This document shows positions 8,569-16,468 of a DNA stretch of 31,286 nt, one piece after another. Position numbers and translations under genes: made by a program. How positions within the stretch are numbered: position 1 is the first letter of the stretch; every line of letters starts with the position of its first letter. A model generated the notes under the pieces. That model did no database searches and was not told the origin of the DNA. It was given only the letters and a program-made list of their open reading frames with translations. This DNA is from Gemmatimonadota bacterium (lineage in GTDB: Bacteria; Gemmatimonadota; Gemmatimonadetes; Gemmatimonadales; Gemmatimonadaceae). Location of the stretch: contig JAZJZK010000065.1 in assembly GCA_040389905.1 (NCBI GenBank), forward strand, positions 1 to 31,286, given 5' to 3'.

Positions 8569-8847
8569 CTACGCAGCCGGCGTTTCGGCCTGCACAGCTG
8601 GGTACACGCTGACCTTCTGGCGGGTCTTGCTCTTGTGCTCGAACTTCACGACGCCGTCGACCAGCGCGTAGATCGTGAAGTCGGTACCAAGGCCGACGTT
8701 GTTACCAGGATGCCAGACGGTGCCGCACTGGCGCAGGATGATGTTGCCCGCGACGACCTTTTCGCCACCGAACTTCTTGATGCCGCGGTATTTCGGATTG
8801 CTGTCGCGTCCGTTGCGGGACGAGCCGACGCCCTTTTTATGTGCCAT
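8569..8847 (-). CDS. rpmA: 50S ribosomal protein L27
   Basis: [53 protein letters not shown]. Confidence 0.99.
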   Translation of the reverse strand: MAHKKGVGSSRNGRDSNPKYRGIKKFGGEKVVAGNIILRQCGTVWHPGNNVGLGTDFTIYALVDGVVKFEHKSKTRQKVSVYPAVQAETPAA

Positions 8848-8859
8848 TGTATCCTCGCG

Positions 8860-9177
8860 TCAGCCGAGCGTGATGTCGTTGATCAGGACTTCGGTGAAGC
8901 CCTGGCGGTGTCCCTGCTTCTTGGCGTAGTTCTTTCGGCGCTTCATCTTGAAGACGATGATCTTGTCGCCGAGACCGTGCTTGACGATTTCGCCGGTGAC
9001 CTTGGCGCCGGAGAGCGACGGAACGCCCGTCTTCACGCCATTGCCGTCGTTGCCGAGGAGGACATCGTTGAACTCGATCGATCCGCCCGCCTCACCGACG
9101 ACGGTGGGGATGCGATATTTCTTTCCCGGCTCGACACTGAACTGCTTGCCGCCGGTACGAATGATTGCGTAGGACAT
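8860..9177 (-). CDS. rplU: 50S ribosomal protein L21
   Basis: [34 protein letters not shown]; directly upstream of rpmA. Confidence 0.99.
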   Translation of the reverse strand: MSYAIIRTGGKQFSVEPGKKYRIPTVVGEAGGSIEFNDVLLGNDGNGVKTGVPSLSGAKVTGEIVKHGLGDKIIVFKMKRRKNYAKKQGHRQGFTEVLINDITLG

Positions 9178-9212
9178 AGTAAGGCTCGTGAGCGTGTGAC
9201 GTAGAGCCTAAG

Positions 9213-9241
9213 AAGTTAAGCGGAGCGAGGTTAGGTGTCAA
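9213..9241 (-). promoter_or_regulatory. Sigma70 promoter of rplU-rpmA
   Basis: Minus strand TTGACA (9241-9236), a 17-nt spacer, then TAACTT (9218-9213), 35 nt before the ATG. Confidence 0.8.
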
Positions 9242-9245
9242 CTGA

Positions 9246-9389
9246 AGCCCGCTCGCTGCGCTCGCTGGACAGCCCGCCGGGGCGCTTCGCGCCCGGGCTG
9301 GACGGGTAACTGCCCGTCTGTCGCCGTCCAGCGAGGTGCGCCAGCACCGAGCGGGCTGTCTGGCGAGGCGCGCGAGCGCCGAGCGAGCT
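9246..9389. repeat. Cluster of three units of a second palindromic repeat (one inverted, two tandem) with internal hairpins
   Basis: Unit GCYGTCYRGCGAG-[variable hairpin]-CGAGCGRGCT at 9246-9273 (minus), 9323-9357 and 9355-9389 (plus). Confidence 0.75.
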
Positions 9390-9453
9390 ATCTGTGACGC
9401 ACCCCGATCACGCCGGGTTGAGCCGCATGAATCCATTTTCCGGCAACACTCTC

Positions 9454-9870
9454 ATGCGCTTTCCCTCAGTTCGGCTACTTATCCGTTCGGCCACCGCGAT
9501 TTCGCTGGCCGGATGCAGCATCACATCCTCAACCGATCAATCCGTCGAATTGTACCCCGCAGGCATTCAGGCCGGTTCGCTGGCCGCGACGGCCTCGACA
9601 GAAGGAATTGTGCTTTCGAACCAGACGGATCGACTCGTTTTCTTTACAGCGCTGGAACGCGAATTCTCCACGCTCGTGGACCTGAACTTCTGCGTCGATG
9701 TCGCGAAGTGCGATCCTCTCGTACCTGGGGAGCGGCGCACTGTGCCGTGGGCTCGTGTGATGGGCTACGCGAGTGACCGGCGCGAGTATGTGGTGTACTG
9801 GTGGTATGGCGAACCATCCGGAGGAGCACCACGCGCCAACGGCGCAAATAGCGTCATCGTGAAGCGATGA
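9454..9870 (+). CDS. Hypothetical lipoprotein
   Basis: MRFPSVRLLIRSATAISLAGC with an LAGC lipobox; ATGA overlap with the downstream sigma gene. Confidence 0.75.
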   Translation: MRFPSVRLLIRSATAISLAGCSITSSTDQSVELYPAGIQAGSLAATASTEGIVLSNQTDRLVFFTALEREFSTLVDLNFCVDVAKCDPLVPGERRTVPWARVMGYASDRREYVVYWWYGEPSGGAPRANGANSVIVKR

Positions 9871-10466
9871 GCCAACCGCGACCACTGCACCTGGTGGGAT
9901 CATCCGCGTCGGGATCGGACCCGGACGGGCAACCCGCGCGCAGCGTCCTCGTTCACGCGGCTCGGAGTGGTGATGTCCGAGCATTTGCGGCCCTCGTGGA
10001 TGCGTACTACGCGCGGTGTCTGCGCTTCGCGCTGCACATGCTCAGCAGTCGCGACGACGCCGAGGAGGCCGTGCAGGACACATTCGTCCGTGTCTATCGA
10101 GCGCTGCCGAAGTACGAAGAACGTGAGGCCTTCGAGCCGTGGCTCTTTCGGATTCTCGCCAATCGCTGCCGCTCCGCCGGCGCGCGCGAGCGGCGGCGCG
10201 CGGAGTTCATCGAGTACGGTGACGTCCCCGAGCATCCGGCACCAACGGGTCATGACTCCGCGATCGCGTGGCGCGAAGAGATCGGGATCGCGCTGGCGAC
10301 GCTTCCGAATGAACAGCGTGAAGCGTTCCTGCTACGGCATGTCGAAGATCTGAGCTATGAAGATATGGCGACGGCGACCGGTGCCGGCATTTCCGCCCTG
10401 AAGATGCGGGTCAAGCGCGCCTGTGACGCGCTGCGTGCACGACTAACCGAGGTGGATCGTGATTGA
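9867..10466 (+). CDS. ECF RNA polymerase sigma factor
   Basis: DAEEAVQDTFVRVYRAL...FEPWLFRILANRC and LPNEQREAFLLRHVEDLSYEDMA...KMRVKRA. Confidence 0.95.
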   Translation: MSQPRPLHLVGSSASGSDPDGQPARSVLVHAARSGDVRAFAALVDAYYARCLRFALHMLSSRDDAEEAVQDTFVRVYRALPKYEEREAFEPWLFRILANRCRSAGARERRRAEFIEYGDVPEHPAPTGHDSAIAWREEIGIALATLPNEQREAFLLRHVEDLSYEDMATATGAGISALKMRVKRACDALRARLTEVDRD

Positions 10467-11064
10467 AGAGGGCGACGAGATGCTCGACCGCATCGTGGCA
10501 GAGCTTCGGCCACTGCCCGCCGTTGATGACACCGCGAAAGCGCGGGTACTGATTGCGATCGCCGCCGAGCGCGAACGGGATCGTGAGGCGTTACGGCGAC
10601 GTGCTGCTGGTGGTGCACGGCGAAGCTGGCTGATGCGAGGCGTCGGGCTCGCTGCTGCGGCTGTCGTGGGCGTCGTCTTGCTGCGGCAACCCAGCGAGAC
10701 GCCGGTGGTCCAATCCGCGGCCCTCGCGCCGGGCGGAGCACGCGCAGCGCCGACTCAGCTTGCCGCACGTTCCGTAAATGACGCCGATGTCGCGCTTCAG
10801 CCGGTGCAACTCGTCTTCCAATCGGCTGCCGCGACGCGTGTTCGTGTGGTGGGCGACTTCAACGGCTGGGACAAGGAACAGGCGCCAATGACTCGTGATC
10901 CCGCGAGCGGGCTCTGGAGCGCCACTGTGCGATTGCGCCCCGGCCGACACGTGTATGCGTTCGTTGTCGATGATACATTATGGGTTCGCGATCCACGGGC
11001 GGCGGCGGCGCAGGATGCCGACTTCGGCCGGCCCGGTTCTGTGATTCTGGTGGGGCGTCCATGA
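10459..11064 (+). CDS. Putative anti-sigma factor: single TM plus C-terminal CBM48/AMPK-beta-like glycogen-binding domain
   Basis: GTG start overlaps the sigma end; TM GVGLAAAAVVGVVLL; VRVVGDFNGW...GLWSATVRLRPGRHVYAFVVDDTLWVRDP. Confidence 0.85.
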   Translation: MIEEGDEMLDRIVAELRPLPAVDDTAKARVLIAIAAERERDREALRRRAAGGARRSWLMRGVGLAAAAVVGVVLLRQPSETPVVQSAALAPGGARAAPTQLAARSVNDADVALQPVQLVFQSAAATRVRVVGDFNGWDKEQAPMTRDPASGLWSATVRLRPGRHVYAFVVDDTLWVRDPRAAAAQDADFGRPGSVILVGRP

Positions 11065-11777
11065 CTGCACGGTTCGTCCGCGTTGCGTTTCTCTCCGCCT
11101 GCGTGCTTGGCGTGGTGCCGATGCGAGCGCCGGCGATCGCTGCGCAGCAAGTGGCGTACGCGGCAACGCTCGGCCCGGAGTTGGATAGTGCGACGCAGGC
11201 GCAACTCACTCGCGAGTTCGCCCGGGCGCGCGAGCGCGGACTCCCTGTTGAACCACTCGCCGCCAAGGTGCGCGAAGGGAGACTGAAGAATGCCCGCGGT
11301 GCGTTGATTCACGTCGCGGTCATGAAGCTCGCAGAACGGTTGGCAACGGCACGAATGGCCCTCGGTGCCGAATCGACAACGGATGAACTCATTGCTGCCG
11401 CGGATGCATTGAGCTTCGGGGCGGACGAGTCGTCGCTCAGGACGGTGCGTGCGGCGACGACGCGTTCGATCGCCGCACCCCTCGGAACGCTTGCGCAACT
11501 GGTCGCGAGTGGAGTAGCGCCGCGCAAAGCGGCCGAAATGATCGTCACGTTGATGAAGCGCAACGCGACGCCTGCGCAGCTGCTGGCGCTTGGCAACCTC
11601 GTGGAAGTTGATGTTGCTGCCGGCCTCCGGGCCAACGATGCGGCCATTATCCGGATGCGCGGAATCGAAGGCTCGCTAGGCCTTGCGACTGGCGATGCCC
11701 TCACGGCCGTTGGCACGCCCAACACTCCACCAACTCCAACGACTCCGGTCAAAGGAAAGCCTGCACGACGACCGTAG
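11061..11777 (+). CDS. Secreted all-helical hypothetical protein
   Basis: ATGA overlap; signal peptide MTARFVRVAFLSACVLGVV...AAQ; motif RGLPVEPLAAKVREG; Pro/Thr/basic tail. Confidence 0.8.
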   Translation: MTARFVRVAFLSACVLGVVPMRAPAIAAQQVAYAATLGPELDSATQAQLTREFARARERGLPVEPLAAKVREGRLKNARGALIHVAVMKLAERLATARMALGAESTTDELIAAADALSFGADESSLRTVRAATTRSIAAPLGTLAQLVASGVAPRKAAEMIVTLMKRNATPAQLLALGNLVEVDVAAGLRANDAAIIRMRGIEGSLGLATGDALTAVGTPNTPPTPTTPVKGKPARRP

Positions 11778-12915
11778 CGCGCCTGAGCGCGCATCCCGAC
11801 TTCTTGGCGGCCTGCTCATCGCATTGACGATGGGCAGGCCGCTCGGCGCACAGCGTCCAGTCGTCGTAGAGATTGGCGTAACGGCGGCGAGCTTTCCGGC
11901 GGACAACGTGAGCGCGGTCGGCCCGTCGATCCGGCTGAGTGCGGCGGGCGTCCGCGGCACACTCTACGGGGGATTCGAAGGCGGTACGGTCGCGACGGTT
12001 GGCGCCGCGACGGGCTATGCCACGCTCGAAGGCGGGGTAAGAACGCGGCTCACCGGTGGGTGGCTCGGCGAGCTTGCTGGCGAACTGTCGACGGTCGCCG
12101 GATCGAATTCGAGTGGTGGTGCGGGCACCGCGCTGGTGAGCGGCCGCGCGTTATGGCTTTCGGGCGCTGCGGGTGGGTGGCTTCGCGGCAGCGGTCACCT
12201 GGCCGGCCGAACGCACGCTGCGCTTCCGGGCGCGGGCATCGACCTCGGCGGCTGGTGGAGATGGCCACTCGCGCAACTCAGCGCGTCGATACAGCAGGAA
12301 TGGACGCGCGCCGAATTGTTCACCGGCCAGTTTCGTGCGGGATACGCAGGGACAGCGCCGGTGCGCTACACGGAAGCGACGGTCGCGCTCCACGGAGAAG
12401 GTGACGTCGCCGCGCTCGATGTGAGCGCGACGATCCGTCGTGACCCCGAGGCCGCGCAGTTGTTCGAAAACGCGGTGGCAGCGTCTGCCGCGCTCTGGAC
12501 TGGCGAACGCGTGGCGTTCGTGCTCACAGCAGCGCGACAGCTACCGGACTGGGTGCGCGGGTCCGATGCGGCGGACGTCGTGAGCATCGGTATGCGATTC
12601 AGGCAGGCCACGCCGAGTGCCGCGCGCGCGGACCGCCTTCTTCCTCTCGTGCAGCTCAGCGATTCGGCGGGGCTCAGGTATCTTCGCGTGCGCGCAGCCG
12701 GCGCCCGCACGGTGGACGTGATGGGTGATTTCACGGAATGGACGGCACAATCGCTCGCGCGTACCGGCTCATTGTTCGAAAAGGCCTACACGATCGCAAG
12801 CGGCTCACACCGCATCCTGCTGCGCATCGACGGCGGCGCGTGGAAGCCTGCGGCGAATACGCCTGCGGTCGATGACGACCTTGGGGGGCGAGTAGGGTTG
12901 CTAGTGGTCCCCTAG
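11761..12915 (+). CDS. Predicted outer-membrane beta-barrel with C-terminal CBM48-like domain (start uncertain)
   Basis: Signal-like RLLGGLLIALTMGRPLGAQ; alternating amphipathic strands ending VVSIGMRF; then TVDVMGDFTEW...RIDGGAW...DDDLGG. The start may be CTG 11761 (AAGGA upstream) or another codon in the 11683 frame. Confidence 0.75.
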   Translation: MHDDRSAPERASRLLGGLLIALTMGRPLGAQRPVVVEIGVTAASFPADNVSAVGPSIRLSAAGVRGTLYGGFEGGTVATVGAATGYATLEGGVRTRLTGGWLGELAGELSTVAGSNSSGGAGTALVSGRALWLSGAAGGWLRGSGHLAGRTHAALPGAGIDLGGWWRWPLAQLSASIQQEWTRAELFTGQFRAGYAGTAPVRYTEATVALHGEGDVAALDVSATIRRDPEAAQLFENAVAASAALWTGERVAFVLTAARQLPDWVRGSDAADVVSIGMRFRQATPSAARADRLLPLVQLSDSAGLRYLRVRAAGARTVDVMGDFTEWTAQSLARTGSLFEKAYTIASGSHRILLRIDGGAWKPAANTPAVDDDLGGRVGLLVVP

Positions 12916-12919
12916 GCCC

Positions 12920-14467
12920 CTAAGCGACAGCGTACTGCATCGTCACATCCCGTCCAGCACTTTTCACGACGAGCTTGAACTCATCGGGTTTGAGCAGCGG
13001 GTCATCGCGGAGCTCGAGCGAAAAACCGACGATTTTTTCGAGCTTTCGCATGATGTCCGATTCGTTCTCCATGGCGAACATGGCGACGTCGGGGTGCAGC
13101 TTGACGAGCAATGGATCGCGCTTGCCTTCGATGCCGATGCGCTTCACGCTGCGCTCCATGCGGCGAAGGATCGTCTCCGCCGTGAAGACGCGACCCGTTC
13201 CGTGACAGGTCGGGCAGGCTTCCGTCATGCTCTGGAGATGACTCTGGCGAACGCGCTGACGCGTCATCTCGATGAGGCCGAGGTCGGACACGGCGAACGC
13301 CTTCGTTCGCGCGCGGTCGCGGCCGAGGTGCTGGCGCAGCTCCTGTAGCACACGGTCGCGATTCGTCTTCGTGTCCATGTCGATGAAATCGCAGACGATG
13401 ATTCCGCCAACGTCGCGCAGACGCAGTTGACGCGCGATCTCGCGCGCCGCTTCCATGTTCGTCTTCAGACTCGTCTTCTCCGGATCTTTCTTGCCGACGA
13501 AGCGACCCGAGTTCACATCGATCGAGATGAGCGCTTCCGTCGGTTCGATGATCAGGTAGCCGCCGGACGGAAGGTCGCACCGCCGCTTGAAGAGATCCCG
13601 GATTTCCGTTTCAATCTCGGATTTGTCGAACAGCGGCGTGGTGTCCTCGTACAGCACGATGCGCTCGAGGAGCTCCGGCGCGATGCCCTTGAGATACTCG
13701 ATGATCTCGTTGTAGACCTGCTTGGAATCGACCGTGACCCGCTCGACCTTATCGCTGAAGATGTCGCGAATGAGGCCGCGCGTCAGCGACGTCTCGCGAT
13801 GGACCAGCGATGGCGGCCGCACGAAATGCGTCTTCTTCTTGATGCGCTTCCAGGCGTTCATGAGCGTCTGGAGCTCGCGCTCGATCGTTTCCGGCGTGAC
13901 GTCCTCGCCCACCGTGCGAACGATCACACCGCCGGAGTCTTCCGGCAGCATGCCTTCGACGAGCGCACGCAAGCGTTTCCGCTCTTCGCGATCGCCAATC
14001 TTTCTGCTCACGCCGACGCGCGACGCGAACGGCATGTATACGAGGAAGCGCCCCGCCATCGACACCTGCGCCGTCACGCGGGGACCCTTCGTCGAGATCG
14101 GCTCCTTGCTGACCTGGACGAGCAGTTCCTGTCCGCGCTTCAGGACATCCTGAATCTGCGGAATGTCGCGTTCGTTGCGGCCTGGCTCGTGAAAGGTCTC
14201 CTCTCCGTCCTCGTCATCGTCGTCCCCGTCGCCGGCGTCGGGATAGACGAGGTCGGACGAATGCAGGAAGGCACTCTTCTCGGTGCCGATGTCGACAAAG
14301 GCGGCCTGAAGGCCGGGCAGCACCGCATCGACTTTCCCGAGGTAGATGTCGCCGACCATGCGGCGCGCATCAGGACGGTCTACGAGAAGCTCAACGAGCT
14401 CGTCGTCCTCGAGGATGGCGACTCGCGTTTCGCGCTGAGTCGCGTTGATCAGGATCTCTCGTTTCAT
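12920..14467 (-). CDS. rng: Ribonuclease G (Rne/Rng family, catalytic domain only)
   Basis: Start MKREILIN; S1 domain GDIYLGKV..VLPGLQAAFVDIG; ISIDVNSG; RLRDVGGIIVCDFIDM; zinc-link CPTCHGTG; no long scaffold tail. Confidence 0.93.
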   Translation of the reverse strand: MKREILINATQRETRVAILEDDELVELLVDRPDARRMVGDIYLGKVDAVLPGLQAAFVDIGTEKSAFLHSSDLVYPDAGDGDDDDEDGEETFHEPGRNERDIPQIQDVLKRGQELLVQVSKEPISTKGPRVTAQVSMAGRFLVYMPFASRVGVSRKIGDREERKRLRALVEGMLPEDSGGVIVRTVGEDVTPETIERELQTLMNAWKRIKKKTHFVRPPSLVHRETSLTRGLIRDIFSDKVERVTVDSKQVYNEIIEYLKGIAPELLERIVLYEDTTPLFDKSEIETEIRDLFKRRCDLPSGGYLIIEPTEALISIDVNSGRFVGKKDPEKTSLKTNMEAAREIARQLRLRDVGGIIVCDFIDMDTKTNRDRVLQELRQHLGRDRARTKAFAVSDLGLIEMTRQRVRQSHLQSMTEACPTCHGTGRVFTAETILRRMERSVKRIGIEGKRDPLLVKLHPDVAMFAMENESDIMRKLEKIVGFSLELRDDPLLKPDEFKLVVKSAGRDVTMQYAVA

Positions 14468-14948
14468 CGGTTCGCGCGACTGTGCGTGTTGCCGGCGACT
14501 CGGCAACGACAGCGCGGAAAGTCAAAGGATGAGCGGCGTGGGTGCGCAACACGGTGCGCCCGACAGCCGAGGAGCGATTGGGCGTCACGATTCGATGCGT
14601 GATCGGCAACGCGCGTTCCGGGCGATCGATGCTGATGTTCTCGACGGGCACCATTCGAAAGTGTGCGACGAAGAACTCAATCATTGACGCCAGTAGCCGG
14701 ACGAGCGAGCGATCTCCCGTGTTGAAACGGGACCGCGCAACCAATGTGACGAGCGCGCTCGCGCGGCCGACGACTGCCTCGGCCACGTCTGCGCGCGATA
14801 CGATCCGGCCGAGGCGCGAGTCGCCGCGCGTCTCCGGAAACGGAAGAATCAGGGTAGAGAACACTGGTGGATAGGTAACCCCAGCCTCGCGGATGCGCAA
14901 CTAAGCGCTACGGGGAGAACGGTTTACAGCGTCTGAACGGCGCAACTG

Positions 14949-15053
14949 CAGGTGCAGACCCTTCGACTCGCGGAGCCTGCCCTGAGCGTAGTCGAATGGG
15001 CTCGCTCAGGGTGACAGACGTTTGTCATTGCGGGCGAAGTCGGGGGAATCTGC
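14949..15053. repeat. Composite REP-like element (subfamily B copy with a nested inverted sub-element, plus a degenerate inverted partner)
   Basis: CAGGTGCAGACCCTTCGACTCGCG[GAGCCTGCCCTGAGCGTAGTCGAATGG]GCTCGCTCAGGGTGACA, then TGTCATTGCGGGCGAAGTCGGGGGAATCTGC. Confidence 0.8.
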
Positions 15054-15059
15054 GCCTTT

Positions 15060-16277
15060 TTACCCAGCAAGCTCTTTCAGGATGTGCCGCGCGATGACAA
15101 TGCGCTGGATCTCGGAGGTACCCTCGCCGATTTCGCAGATCTTCGCATCGCGCATCATTCGCTCGACCGGGTAGTCCTTGGTGTACCCGTAGCCGCCAAA
15201 CACCTGAACCGCTTTGGTCGTGGCGCGCATGGCGAGTTCGGAGCAGAAAAGTTTCGCCATTGCCGCCTCCTTACTGAACGGCTTGCCGTGCTGAGCGAGC
15301 CACGCGGCGTGGAACATGAGGTGCTTTCCCGCCTCGATTTCCGTGGCCATATCGGCCAGTTGAAACGAGATGCCCTGGAATTCTGCGATGGGCTTGCCGA
15401 ACTGCCTTCGGACACTCGCGTAGCGGACCGCTTCCTCGTACGCGCCCTCGGCGATGCCGAGTGAGAGGGCGGCGATCCCGATGCGCCCCGAGTCGAGCGT
15501 TTTCATGAAATTCGCGAAGCCCTGCCCCTCGATGCCGACCAGATTCTCCGCCGGCACTTCGACGTCCTCCATGATGAGCTCAGCCGTGTCCGACGCCCGC
15601 CATCCGAGCTTGTCTTCCTTCTTGCCGGCGCGGAAACCGGCCATGGCGTCGAGGGACGGTTCGTGTCCGATGCCGAGGTCCTTCACCTTCTCGAGGTCGG
15701 AGGTGGGCTTGGTCAGAATGAAGGAGCTGATGCCCTTCGTCCCCATGGCCGGATCCGTCACGGCGGTTACCACGAAGATTTCGCCGACGCTTCCGTGCGT
15801 GATGAATCGTTTCGTCCCGTTCAGGATGTAACGATCGCCCTTCCGGACGGCAGTTGTGCGCGTACCGCCTGCGTCCGAACCGGCATCGGGCTCCGTGAGA
15901 CCAAATCCGCCGAGTACCTTGCCGCTCGCGAGGAGCGGGACGTACCGGTCCTTCTGGGCCTGTGACCCGAAGTTCACGATCGGAGAGGTGCCCAGTGTCG
16001 TATGGGCTGACACCGTCAACCCCGTCGACGCGTCGGTCTTCGCGAGCTCCTCGATGGTGATCATGTAACTCAGCAGATCGAAGCCTGCGCCACCCATCTC
16101 CTCCGGCCACGGAACTCCGAGGAGTCCGAGCTCGCCCATGCGTTTCACATTCTCCCATGGGAAAATGGAGTCGGCGTCGAATTTCGCTGCGACGGGCGCA
16201 ACTTCGTCGCGCGCGAACTGGCGAACCATTTCGCGGACTGCGAGGTGTTGTTCCGAAAAGTAAAGAGCGTCATCCAT
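15060..16277 (-). CDS. Acyl-CoA dehydrogenase (short/branched-chain type)
   Basis: Start MDDALYFSEQH; FGLTEPDAGSD, LNGTKRFIT, GRIGIAA, RRQFGKPI, VQVFGGYGY, IGEGTSEIQR. Confidence 0.95.
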   Translation of the reverse strand: MDDALYFSEQHLAVREMVRQFARDEVAPVAAKFDADSIFPWENVKRMGELGLLGVPWPEEMGGAGFDLLSYMITIEELAKTDASTGLTVSAHTTLGTSPIVNFGSQAQKDRYVPLLASGKVLGGFGLTEPDAGSDAGGTRTTAVRKGDRYILNGTKRFITHGSVGEIFVVTAVTDPAMGTKGISSFILTKPTSDLEKVKDLGIGHEPSLDAMAGFRAGKKEDKLGWRASDTAELIMEDVEVPAENLVGIEGQGFANFMKTLDSGRIGIAALSLGIAEGAYEEAVRYASVRRQFGKPIAEFQGISFQLADMATEIEAGKHLMFHAAWLAQHGKPFSKEAAMAKLFCSELAMRATTKAVQVFGGYGYTKDYPVERMMRDAKICEIGEGTSEIQRIVIARHILKELAG

Positions 16278-16351
16278 GCTCGATCTGCTTGTTAATGATG
16301 ATTGTATTGACGGCCAACTCGCATGATGTCGCAACGGCCGAACTGCAATTT

Positions 16352-16451
16352 ACCACAGAGGACACAGAGGTCAGGGACGAGTGCGGAAGTTCAAATGCAT
16401 CCGCGCGATGCGCATTCACGTTTTCTCTGTGTCCTCTGTGTCCTCTGTGGT
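16352..16451. repeat. 100-bp element bounded by a perfect 19-bp inverted repeat built of 9-mer units
   Basis: ACCACAGAGGACACAGAGG (16352-16370) and CCTCTGTGTCCTCTGTGGT (16433-16451), with a third CTCTGTGTC unit on the right arm. Confidence 0.85.
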
Positions 16452-16468
16452 TCATTCGTTCATGCAAT

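Noticed and set aside
9182..9209. Hairpin in the rplU leader as an L21 autoregulatory element
   Set aside because: The stem is only 5-6 bp with a long loop, and its 5' arm overlaps the predicted TSS. It cannot be supported without alignments.
14170..14245. Acidic insertion (DAGDGDDDDEDGEE) in the RNase G S1 domain
   Set aside because: Low-complexity insertions at this S1 position are common in Rne/Rng proteins.
14391..14900. 169-aa minus-strand ORF upstream of rng
   Set aside because: It has a TTG start without an SD, no recognisable motif, and overlaps rng by 77 nt out of frame. The region is treated as a probable leader instead.
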